The notes under the pieces were generated by a model. That model ran no database searches, was not told the DNA's origin, and worked only from the letters and a program-made list of their open reading frames with translations. Positions 7,667 to 16,119 of a stretch of DNA of 37,766 nucleotides are shown in pieces; positions within the stretch are counted from its first letter, which is position 1, and each line of letters opens with the position of its first letter. Position numbers and translations under genes: made by a program. The stretch comes from a virus, in the IMG/VR virus record IMGVR_UViG_3300009421_000002, one strand, 5' to 3'.

Positions 7667-7700
7667 TTCGCAAGATCTTGCACAGGACACGCCCTATTAT
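7667..7700 (+). promoter_or_regulatory. Late-promoter-like element B: TTCGCAAGATCTTG, 14 nt, TATTAT
   Basis: Motif at 7667-7680 and hexamer at 7695-7700, in the gap before the scaffold gene. Confidence 0.6.
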
Positions 7701-7729
7701 CTGGCCCATATTGATAACCGGATAAGCCC

Positions 7730-8620
7730 ATGTTCATGCAAAACCTTCGCGCATACCTGTTCCAAGATGAAGCTGGCGACGGCACTGGCGCGGGCGAAGG
7801 TGGTGGCGGTGGTGATTCTGGGGATAGCGGCGAAAGCGCTGCACTCGACAAAGGGTCGGCGGGCAGTGAAGGCGAAGGGGGTACGCCCGCCGACCAGGCA
7901 GCATCAAAGACAGAAACCGCGCTAAGCAAGAACGCATCGACCGAAGATCCCTTTCACGGCACCCCGGAGAAGTACCGGGTGATGCGTGAGGATGGCTCCC
8001 TGGACGAGCAGGCGACGCTGGCAAAGACCGCGACCGCTTACAACGATCTATCGAAAAAGATGGGTCAGGCCGATGGGGTTGCCCCAGCTGCACCAGGTGA
8101 CTATGAGATCAACATGCCCGGCGAAATGGGCAAAGAGTTTGACCAAGAAGATCCCGGCTTCAAAGAATTTCTGACCAATGCGCACGCAGCTGGATTCACT
8201 CAGAAGCAGCTCGATACCACGATGGAAGCGTTCGGTAAGACCATCGGCAAGCTCACGGGTGACATTGCGATCCTCAATGAACAAGAGTGCAACGCACAGC
8301 TTGAGGAAGTCTGGAAAACGCCAGACGAGCGGGCTGCAAATTATCAGGCAGCATTCCGAGCGTTTGAGTCATTCTCGGGTGAGCGCTTCGACCAGATGCA
8401 CGCTAAGTATGGCAACGATCCAGACATGATTTGGATGATGGCCGAAGTGGGTAAGCAGATGAAAGAGGGCTCGCCGCCACCGAATGGAGATGATCCGGTC
8501 AATACCGGGGGCGTCTCGATGACCGAGCTGGTCCGCGATCTGGGCAGCAAAGACAAGGCAGTACGTGAAAAGGCGCAGGCCGCATGGTCAAACCTATACG
8601 GACAGCCAGAAAAGCAGTAG
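7730..8620 (+). CDS. Scaffolding (capsid assembly) protein
   Basis: Acidic, Gly/Ser-rich N-terminus with a helical remainder. Lies directly upstream of the major capsid gene. About 296 aa. Confidence 0.6.
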   Translation: MFMQNLRAYLFQDEAGDGTGAGEGGGGGDSGDSGESAALDKGSAGSEGEGGTPADQAASKTETALSKNASTEDPFHGTPEKYRVMREDGSLDEQATLAKTATAYNDLSKKMGQADGVAPAAPGDYEINMPGEMGKEFDQEDPGFKEFLTNAHAAGFTQKQLDTTMEAFGKTIGKLTGDIAILNEQECNAQLEEVWKTPDERAANYQAAFRAFESFSGERFDQMHAKYGNDPDMIWMMAEVGKQMKEGSPPPNGDDPVNTGGVSMTELVRDLGSKDKAVREKAQAAWSNLYGQPEKQ

Positions 8621-8761
8621 CAATACACACTGGCCCGCGTGGCGGCGGACACCCAGTCAAAGCCCGACAGGCGCTGTCAGCAGTCGCAACAGCGTCGGAG
8701 TTTCCAGGCCCGGTATCGGACACCCTGTAAGCGGCTCCGTTAATACTTTGGAGTTACCACA

Positions 8762-9637
8762 ATGGCAGCATCACACGATTCAATCGACCAAGCATTCGTT
8801 ACCGCCTGGGACAATGCAATCCGAGAAACCGCGCAACAGTCCGAGTCGCGCCTATTGGCGTGCGTGCTCAATGAAGGCACGGTCGAGGGCGAAGCCTTCA
8901 CCCATAACTTCATGGGCTCAACCGAGATGGACGAAGTAAACGACCGTCTTGGAGACACCATCTGGGGCGCAGTCGAGCACAAGACTCCCATCGCACCGAT
9001 GCAGGACTTCTACAAAGCTCTGCCACTGGATCGCAAAGACATCCCGCGCATGAAGGTCAACCCGGTAGCGGGTGGCAATTACATGGGCACCCTGATCAAA
9101 GCTAAGAACCGCAAAGTAGACGACATCATCTACAAGGCAGCGATTGGCACGCAGGGCTTGAAGGATGGCTCCACCATCGTATTGCCTAACACGCAAAAGA
9201 TTCTGGCCGGTGGCACTGGTCTTACCAAGGGCAAACTGATCACGGTTCGCAAGATCTTCCGAGTCAATGAGAACGACCAGCACGCGGGCGAGGAATTGGT
9301 CATGCTCTATGACGATGCCATGCTTGAAGATGTGTTGGCCGACACCACGTTGACCAGCGCTGACTTTATGGCGGTCAAGATGTTGCAGGCTGGCGATGTG
9401 TCAGGCAAGTGGATGGGCTTCGAGTGGATTCCCTACAACAAGTTCAATCTAAACGGCACGGTGCGCACTGGTTTGGCCATGACTAAAACGGCGGTTAAGT
9501 TTGGCATGGGTTACGAGCGCGGCAATGTCTCAGAGCGCAACGACAAGCAGGACGCTTACCAAGTGTCTTATGCCTTCTCTGGTGCGGCACTACGCACTGA
9601 GGAAAAAGGTGTTGTCGCGGTCGAGATCGAGCAGTAA
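8762..9637 (+). CDS. Major capsid protein
   Basis: 291 aa, positioned between the scaffold and cement genes. Strong SD context TTTGGAGTTAccACAATG. Overall pattern is reminiscent of podoviral HK97-fold capsid families. Confidence 0.8.
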   Translation: MAASHDSIDQAFVTAWDNAIRETAQQSESRLLACVLNEGTVEGEAFTHNFMGSTEMDEVNDRLGDTIWGAVEHKTPIAPMQDFYKALPLDRKDIPRMKVNPVAGGNYMGTLIKAKNRKVDDIIYKAAIGTQGLKDGSTIVLPNTQKILAGGTGLTKGKLITVRKIFRVNENDQHAGEELVMLYDDAMLEDVLADTTLTSADFMAVKMLQAGDVSGKWMGFEWIPYNKFNLNGTVRTGLAMTKTAVKFGMGYERGNVSERNDKQDAYQVSYAFSGAALRTEEKGVVAVEIEQ

Positions 9638-9702
9638 TCACAGCACTTTAGCGGCCCGGTTCAGTCCTGGTCACTGACGCCAAACCTTTTGGAGTTAAGA
9701 CA

Positions 9703-10152
9703 ATGGCAGAAGTAAACAGCAAACAGGCAGCTAACAAAGCAGCCAACAAGCGCAACAGATCGGCAGATTACAACCCGGTTCGTTGTTTGGTCATTACCAC
9801 GCCTGACGCATGGACTGCCGCCGATGGCGACACGATGGCAACAGGTCAAAAATTGCCGCCAGAAGCGCGACCGATTGGAGTTAAAGTAGGCTGTGCGGCA
9901 GGCGCAGCAAGCTCTACCGTATCAGTCGGCCATCGTAAGCTGTCTGACGGTTCGGGCGCGGTTGCTGCATCGTTGGGCTCTCAAGCCATCAATGCGGCTG
10001 GTACGTTCGATGTGGACAACGGCACGCTGATGGCTAACGGCGCGGATGCGGTCACGCCTGATTATGAGGTCGAGGTATTTCTGACCTTTGGCGGTGCCAA
10101 TCCAACCGCTAACCAAGATCTGCGCATCGAAGTGTTGTTCGTCGCGCCGTAA
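9703..10152 (+). CDS. Capsid decoration/cement protein candidate
   Basis: 149 aa directly after the capsid gene. Shares a near-identical translation-initiation region with it. Followed by an intrinsic terminator. Confidence 0.5.
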   Translation: MAEVNSKQAANKAANKRNRSADYNPVRCLVITTPDAWTAADGDTMATGQKLPPEARPIGVKVGCAAGAASSTVSVGHRKLSDGSGAVAASLGSQAINAAGTFDVDNGTLMANGADAVTPDYEVEVFLTFGGANPTANQDLRIEVLFVAP

Positions 10153-10190
10153 GATATTTTGAGTCCTCCCTCCCGCTAATGCGGAGTTAT

Positions 10191-10215
10191 GCCCGGCTTC
10201 GCGCTGGGCATTTTT
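10191..10215 (+). terminator. Intrinsic terminator after the capsid/cement genes
   Basis: Hairpin GCCCGGC-ttcgc-GCTGGGC (one G-U pair) followed by ATTTTTAT. Confidence 0.7.
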
Positions 10216-10230
10216 ATATCAGGTGAGAGC

Positions 10231-10794
10231 ATGACACCGGAACAAATATGTAGCGCTGCCCTGATCGATCTAGGTGGGCAACCCATTACAACGTTTACTC
10301 AATCAACGATTGCCATCACCGCCGGGACGCTTTACCCGTTGGAACGCGCCAAGGTGATGCGGGCGAAACCGTGGACGTTTCTGCGGTTGGTTGCCAAGAG
10401 CAACAAAACCGGAACAGAGACGGAAGGGTTCACGCTGCCCAACAGATTCTTTTTCCCAGCCAACTTTATTCGGTTGTGGGAAGTTACAGACATGAGCAAT
10501 TGCCGCATTGAGTATGAATTAGGAAGCGCCGGGATTTTATATGCCCGACCGGAAAGCATCATGCTGACCTACTCCCACGACCTGGCCGAAGAATTTTGGC
10601 CGGACTGGTTTAATGAATTGATGGTCGCTGCCATGAAAGGTCGGCTTGCCTACGCCCAGACCAATAGCCGCACAATGACCGCGCAGTGCAAAGAGGAATA
10701 CGAATACGCGCTGAGGACTTACGCGGGCATTGAAGCTACCGAGCATGAAGCCGAAGAATTTGGGCGTTCGTCTGACTGGCTGGGAGTTCGCTAA
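10231..10794 (+). CDS. Tail tubular protein A / adaptor (T7 gp11-like)
   Basis: ATG 10231 with SD GGTGAGAG. The N-terminus MTPEQICSAALIDLGGQPITTF fits the adaptor-family opening. It precedes the nozzle gene. The ORF-track start at 10189 lies inside the terminator. Confidence 0.6.
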   Translation: MTPEQICSAALIDLGGQPITTFTQSTIAITAGTLYPLERAKVMRAKPWTFLRLVAKSNKTGTETEGFTLPNRFFFPANFIRLWEVTDMSNCRIEYELGSAGILYARPESIMLTYSHDLAEEFWPDWFNELMVAAMKGRLAYAQTNSRTMTAQCKEEYEYALRTYAGIEATEHEAEEFGRSSDWLGVR

Positions 10795-10796
10795 TA

Positions 10797-13004
10797 ATGG
10801 CGCAATCACGCTATCAGCCTATCGTCTCTTTTGTCTCGGGTGAGCTAACGCCACTACTGCGCGGTCGGTTTGATATGGCTCAGTATCGCCAGGGCTGCGA
10901 AGTGCTGCGCAACATGATGCCGTTGCCATTTGGCGGGGCAAAGCGCCGTGCAGGCACAGAGTTTTTGAATCGCGCCGACTCTGACGCAACCGGCAGTCGC
11001 TCTCGCCTGATCCCGTTTCATGTGTCAGTGACCGAATCGTATGTGATTGCAATTGGTCCAATCAACATAGTGGTTTACAACGGTACCGATGGCACTGTGG
11101 CGGCCACCATCCCGACGCCTTTTGGCAACGCTTACGAATCTTTGGACTATGAGCAGGCTGGTTTAACGCTGATTTTCACCGGGCCAAACACTAAGCCGAC
11201 ACGACTGGTCAAAACATCAAGCGGCTGGGGTATTGGGGCCATTCGGTTCTCTCCTGAGCCAACGGCGGTGCTTCCCGATAGCTACCCCGCGTCATCGTTT
11301 TCGCCCGCTAGCAGCAATCAAAACGGGTCGACAGTTGTTTTTACTGGCACGCCTCCTAGTGGCTCACTTAATCGGACAATCACACAAGGCAACAGCCTGG
11401 GGGTTGTTCAGTTTGTTTTTGCCGGTAGTTTCAACGTCATTGTTGAGACTGGTTTTGATCCGGCATCAACCTTGCCGTTTGAATTTTCCGGGCCATTGCA
11501 ATGGTCAATCACGCCAACAGGGTCAAACAGAGTCGGCGGCATTATGAACGTGTCGACAAACGGCGAATGGGATGCGTCTCGGATTGGCTCGGTGATCAAC
11601 ATCAACGGCGGCAAGATCCTAATTACCGGACTGGTCGACGCCTCGAACGTTACAGGCGAAGTATTGCAAGAGCTGGTGGATACCACTGGCGCGACAGGTG
11701 CATCATGGTCGCTTGAGTCGAAGATCTGGGGCGGTGGCACGAAAGGTTATCCGAGGGCGGTTGCATTCCATGAGCAGCGCCTACTGTTTGCTGGCTGGAA
11801 CGGCAACCCTACCGGCATCGTCGCCAGCGCTATCGGAATCCCGTTTGATTTTCGCGTAACCGAGTTGGCAGAGGATGGCTATGCGTACGCGCTGCAAACC
11901 AGCAAGCAAACGAGCATTCAATATCTCGTCAGCGATCAAGAGCTAATTGTTCACACCGATGAAGGCGAGTACGCGCTACTGCCCAGCAACAACGAAGCGC
12001 TATCGAGCGTCAATATCCCGAGAGCAAGACCGCAGTCGAAGCATGGTTGCCGAAGAATCAAACCGATCTCGGTCAATGAAGAACCTGTTTTTGTTCGCTT
12101 TGACGGTCGCAGAACTATTTCAATGGGCTATGACGGCGGCGCATCTGCTTACGTGCCCGCAGATATTGCCATTCTGGCAGAGCATTTGTTCAAGACACCC
12201 ATTATTGATATGACCTTTGCCAGGACGCCAGTCCCAACGATTTATTGTGTATTGGCCGATGGCACGATGGCTTGCTGCACTTATGATCGCAGTCAGAGCG
12301 TTGTCGCGTGGTGGCCGTGGGACACCAATGGAAAAATCGAATCTGTCACTGCGGTCTCGAGCGGTGAGCGCGATGAGGTCTATATGTGCTGCACTCGCAT
12401 TGGTGATACGCATCGAGTCATTGAACGGGTGCGGGATGATTGGTATCCCCGCAATGATGAAGCAGCAGCGGGTGACATAAACAAACGCATTGGCGTGATG
12501 CTTGACTGCGCAACGCTTGAGATTAGCCCGGCGTTTTTAGTCGAAGTTGATATGAACCCAATCTTTCGCAGCGTGGTCATGACCGCTGTTGCTGATGGGT
12601 ACGACGCTGGAGAGCGAGCAGTGCCGCTAGACAACACCTATCAAATATCAAACTTCGCGGATCGGATTGCAGTGGGGTTCAACTACACCAGCGAGCTTGC
12701 CCCCATGCCCAACGAAGCGGCCACACAATCAGGGACAGGCCAGGGGCGACCAGTACGCACCGGCCCTGCCATGCTGAAAGTACACAACAGCATCGGCGGC
12801 ACAGTGAACGATCTAAACCAGATTGGCCCGTCACCAGTACACTCGGACGATTCACGCGCGACGCCAATTGAATTACTAACCGGCGAATCAGATATGACGC
12901 TGCAAGGGTGGAAGCGCGACGAGCCCAGCATGAGGATTAAGCAGGTCAGGCCGTACCCGCTTCACGTCCTATTCATTTCGGAACGGCTGAGTAACGCGCC
13001 ATGA
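10797..13004 (+). CDS. Tail tubular protein B / nozzle (T7 gp12-like)
   Basis: 735 aa. The N-terminus SFVSGELTPLLRGRFDMAQYRQGCEVLRNMMPLPFGGAKRRAGTEF matches the conserved opening of podoviral nozzle proteins. Confidence 0.7.
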   Translation: MAQSRYQPIVSFVSGELTPLLRGRFDMAQYRQGCEVLRNMMPLPFGGAKRRAGTEFLNRADSDATGSRSRLIPFHVSVTESYVIAIGPINIVVYNGTDGTVAATIPTPFGNAYESLDYEQAGLTLIFTGPNTKPTRLVKTSSGWGIGAIRFSPEPTAVLPDSYPASSFSPASSNQNGSTVVFTGTPPSGSLNRTITQGNSLGVVQFVFAGSFNVIVETGFDPASTLPFEFSGPLQWSITPTGSNRVGGIMNVSTNGEWDASRIGSVININGGKILITGLVDASNVTGEVLQELVDTTGATGASWSLESKIWGGGTKGYPRAVAFHEQRLLFAGWNGNPTGIVASAIGIPFDFRVTELAEDGYAYALQTSKQTSIQYLVSDQELIVHTDEGEYALLPSNNEALSSVNIPRARPQSKHGCRRIKPISVNEEPVFVRFDGRRTISMGYDGGASAYVPADIAILAEHLFKTPIIDMTFARTPVPTIYCVLADGTMACCTYDRSQSVVAWWPWDTNGKIESVTAVSSGERDEVYMCCTRIGDTHRVIERVRDDWYPRNDEAAAGDINKRIGVMLDCATLEISPAFLVEVDMNPIFRSVVMTAVADGYDAGERAVPLDNTYQISNFADRIAVGFNYTSELAPMPNEAATQSGTGQGRPVRTGPAMLKVHNSIGGTVNDLNQIGPSPVHSDDSRATPIELLTGESDMTLQGWKRDEPSMRIKQVRPYPLHVLFISERLSNAP

Positions 13005-13456
13005 TCAGAACCGCCAACCACGCAGACGCCACGATGATTGCCGCGATGGCTTACGACATGCACAAGCAAAGCCGGTTTGCCACTGACTATCCTTTCGATC
13101 ATGACAAGTTTGCGCAGATGCTTGCCGTGGCGATTGACTCGGACACTTATTGCGTTCGTGTGTCGATTGAGCAGGACGGCACGATTAACGGCGGGCTGAT
13201 TGGTTTTGTGTCGCCGCAATTCTTTAGCGCTGCGATGGTCGCTCAGGATGTCGGCATGTTTGTTGTGCCATCGGCGCGGCAGGCTGGCATCGGCAAAGAT
13301 CTGGCCACCGCGTTTTATGAGTGGGCGTGCGATGTGGGCGCGGTCGATTGTGAGATGGGCTGCAATACCGGCGTGGCTCGATCTGGGTTTGGTCAGTTGA
13401 TGGATCACATGGGGTTTGAGAATGTTGGCGATCTGTTTTCTAAGAGGTGTCGATAA
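13001..13456 (+). CDS. GNAT-family N-acetyltransferase
   Basis: Motif A R-x-x-G-x-G (ARQAGIGKDL) follows a beta strand VGMFVV. C-terminal GFENVG. ATGA overlap with the nozzle gene. Confidence 0.8.
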   Translation: MIRTANHADATMIAAMAYDMHKQSRFATDYPFDHDKFAQMLAVAIDSDTYCVRVSIEQDGTINGGLIGFVSPQFFSAAMVAQDVGMFVVPSARQAGIGKDLATAFYEWACDVGAVDCEMGCNTGVARSGFGQLMDHMGFENVGDLFSKRCR

Positions 13457-13953
13457 TGTGTGTGTCGCTATTAGTCTTTTCGACGGTCGTTGCTGCGGGC
13501 TCAGCCATTCAGCAGGGCAAGAATGCCGAAGCGTATGGTGAGTACCAAGCGAAGCAAGCGAACGAGCAAGCCAAAGCCAAAGAAGGTGAGGGGCGCATCC
13601 TGGCAGAGAAGTCGCGCCGCGCTGGTCGTATTGCTCGCTCAGAGATTGCCACGCAAGCCGGGGCTTCGGGGCTGGACATCAACAGCCAGGTATTCCAAAA
13701 CGCTGAAATGCAAACCAGTGAAGCCTATGAGGCTGACGCACTGGCGGCGATCTATTCCGGGCAGAACGCGGGGCGCTCGATCCGGGCGGGCGGTGCTTAT
13801 GCTGAAAGCCAGGGCAATGATGCAAGGCGCTCGGCAATGATGAGCGGGGCAGCAGCGGCATTGAATGGTTGGTCTGGCTACCGGGCAAACTCAGCAGCAT
13901 CTAGTCAGGCATCGCAACGTCGCGAGCTGGCAATCAATGAGTCAAGAGGCTAA
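13456..13953 (+). CDS. Internal virion protein, small, with N-terminal TM segment
   Basis: TAATG overlap; SD AAGAGG at 13442-13447. CVSLLVFSTVVAAGSAI hydrophobic start, then an A/Q/G-rich region. Occupies the T7 gp13/14 position. Confidence 0.55.
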   Translation: MCVSLLVFSTVVAAGSAIQQGKNAEAYGEYQAKQANEQAKAKEGEGRILAEKSRRAGRIARSEIATQAGASGLDINSQVFQNAEMQTSEAYEADALAAIYSGQNAGRSIRAGGAYAESQGNDARRSAMMSGAAAALNGWSGYRANSAASSQASQRRELAINESRG

Positions 13954-13955
13954 GC

Positions 13956-16118
13956 ATGGCGCGACTACAGATCCCACGGCCTACTGGCGCGGTTGTTCGT
14001 TCAGGTGGTGCGCCACGAGTTGGCCCGCCCGTAGACACGACGCAGGGAATGCGGGACTTAGGGCGCACGCTCGGCGCAGCGGGGCAGCGTGAATTCCGCG
14101 CAGCCGAGGGGCAAAAGAACATTGACGCCGCCGAGGAAATTGCCAGCAATCGAGACACCAAACGGCGCGTGGATGAATACGAGCGCGAAGCCATCGCCAC
14201 CGAGAAGGCAGAGTTAAAGCGGCAGCAGGAAGCGGACAAACTGGCGGCGAATAAACAAGAAGCCGACGACAAACTGTCCGCTGGTAATGCCCTGATCCAG
14301 TATCAACTTGATTCTGATGCAGTGCTTCGCGAGTTTGACGGGGCGCTCAAGTCTGGCGAGTTGTCGCCGCAGGAATATCAAGACAAGATCGCGGGTCGGT
14401 TCAAAGCGTTGGGCCAGGATGTGGCGGGCCAGCTATCAGAAACCGCTAAGCCGATGTTCAATGCTGGCGTGCAAAAGTCGGCTATGAAAAACGTGCTCGC
14501 TGTTCGTGATCGGGTCAGCGCTCATCAAGACGAGCAGTTGATGGGCAAACTGACGAAAAGCACCGAACAATTGGAGAGGCTTGCGACCGGAGATTTGAAT
14601 CAAGCGCTGTCAGCAGGCAAAGGTTTGTTCAGTGAGTGGGGGCCATATGCTCAGGTGCATGGGGCAGACAAAGCGGCAGAGGCCGGGGCGAAGTTCAAAG
14701 AACGCGCCACGCAATCGCACTACCGCGCCAAGCTGGCCGATGCGTCACAGTCCCCCGTCGATCTGAAAGAGCTTCGACAGTCGGTGGCGGGCAATGGCGA
14801 CATGGACCCCATGCAGCAATCGGCCATGCTGAGCAGCATCGACAGTCGCATGAGTGTGCTGGACAACCGGCGACAGGCTGCAATTGCTAAGCGCGATCGA
14901 CAAGCAGCGAGTGCGGTCAAAAGCCTGCAATCGTTGGCTGACGGTGGCTTTCCCATATCCGATGCTTACGCCAGCCAGGTCGCCGCGCAGGCCAAGGGCA
15001 CCTCAATGGCGGGCACGGTCAAGGAGATCATGAAAGGGGCGGCAGAGTCGGCGGGGTTTGGCTCGATGTCGGTTGACCAACAAACGGCGGCCGTGCAGAA
15101 GATGACCAGTGAGGCTGCGGCTAAGGGTGTGACCCCGGCAACGTCGAAGCGCTTGCAAAAGTTGATGAAGATCCGCGACGCTACTGCGCGAGACTATGTC
15201 GCCGATCCGTGGCAAGCCGCCGCTGACCGAGGCCAGATTGACGGGATACCCCCCATTGATCACACCAGCGTCGAAGGATTGGCCGCGTCGATGCAATCGC
15301 GCATGGAGCAGATCGACACCATCGAGCAGGCAGCAGGACGACCCGTGTCGCCGCTGCAACCCAAAGAAGCTGAGGCCGTCGCGCGGATGCTTGATTCAAT
15401 GGCGGCCAATGAGAAGGCGGCAATGCTCGGGGAATTGTCTGAGTCTGTTGGCCCGGACCGCATGATGGCCCTGGCTGGTCAGTTGAGCGGTGGCGATGAG
15501 ACGCTGGGTGTGGTTGCCGCGGCTCAGGCGCAGGGACTTAAAACCCCGGACGGCCAAAACCTGGCCAGCCTGATCATCAAGGGCGACGAAGCCATCAAAG
15601 GCACGCGCGTGCAGGTAGACGACGCGGCAGGCGATGGCATTCAGGCAGAGATGCGCGAATACCTCGGAGATGCGATTGCCTCACCCGTGGCCCGCGATGC
15701 GGCGGTCAATGCAGCGATCAAGGTCTGGGCGGCCAAAGAAGCAGAAGGCAACTCGATTGACTATGACGAAGCCCTGGAAGCGGTATCGGGCGCGGTGGTC
15801 GATCACGGTGGCCGCAAAACCCTGGCCCCTATCGGTTGGACGGCAGACGATTTTGAGCGGTCGCTGTCAGATCTGAGTGCTGAGGCCATCACCGCCAAGA
15901 CGGGCGGCGCGTCAATGTACGTTGACGGTGCTCAGATCCAGCCTGATCAACTGGCTGAACAATTGGAGTCGATGCAGTTGCAGCAGGGCCGGGGCAACAA
16001 GTACATGATGCTCTCGGGTGGGGTGCCGGTGACGGACGAGCAGCGCCGACCGATCTACATCGAGCTAGACAAGCCCGCACCTCAGCCGGGGATGTGGGAA
16101 AGGATCTTCGGGAAATAG
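13956..16118 (+). CDS. Internal virion/ejection protein, 720 aa, coiled-coil and Ala/Gln-rich
   Basis: Position after the nozzle and small core protein, plus composition. No enzymatic motif seen. Confidence 0.5.
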   Translation: MARLQIPRPTGAVVRSGGAPRVGPPVDTTQGMRDLGRTLGAAGQREFRAAEGQKNIDAAEEIASNRDTKRRVDEYEREAIATEKAELKRQQEADKLAANKQEADDKLSAGNALIQYQLDSDAVLREFDGALKSGELSPQEYQDKIAGRFKALGQDVAGQLSETAKPMFNAGVQKSAMKNVLAVRDRVSAHQDEQLMGKLTKSTEQLERLATGDLNQALSAGKGLFSEWGPYAQVHGADKAAEAGAKFKERATQSHYRAKLADASQSPVDLKELRQSVAGNGDMDPMQQSAMLSSIDSRMSVLDNRRQAAIAKRDRQAASAVKSLQSLADGGFPISDAYASQVAAQAKGTSMAGTVKEIMKGAAESAGFGSMSVDQQTAAVQKMTSEAAAKGVTPATSKRLQKLMKIRDATARDYVADPWQAAADRGQIDGIPPIDHTSVEGLAASMQSRMEQIDTIEQAAGRPVSPLQPKEAEAVARMLDSMAANEKAAMLGELSESVGPDRMMALAGQLSGGDETLGVVAAAQAQGLKTPDGQNLASLIIKGDEAIKGTRVQVDDAAGDGIQAEMREYLGDAIASPVARDAAVNAAIKVWAAKEAEGNSIDYDEALEAVSGAVVDHGGRKTLAPIGWTADDFERSLSDLSAEAITAKTGGASMYVDGAQIQPDQLAEQLESMQLQQGRGNKYMMLSGGVPVTDEQRRPIYIELDKPAPQPGMWERIFGK

Positions 16119-16119
16119 C

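Noticed and set aside
10189-10230. Longer ORF-track starts upstream of better starts: 185, 1177, 10189, 13447, 18003, 20363, 26512, 27342, 23676, 32185, 32872.
   Set aside because: In each case an internal ATG or GTG has a proper SD and/or forms an ATGA/TAATG overlap with the upstream stop. The extensions run into terminators or neighbouring genes.
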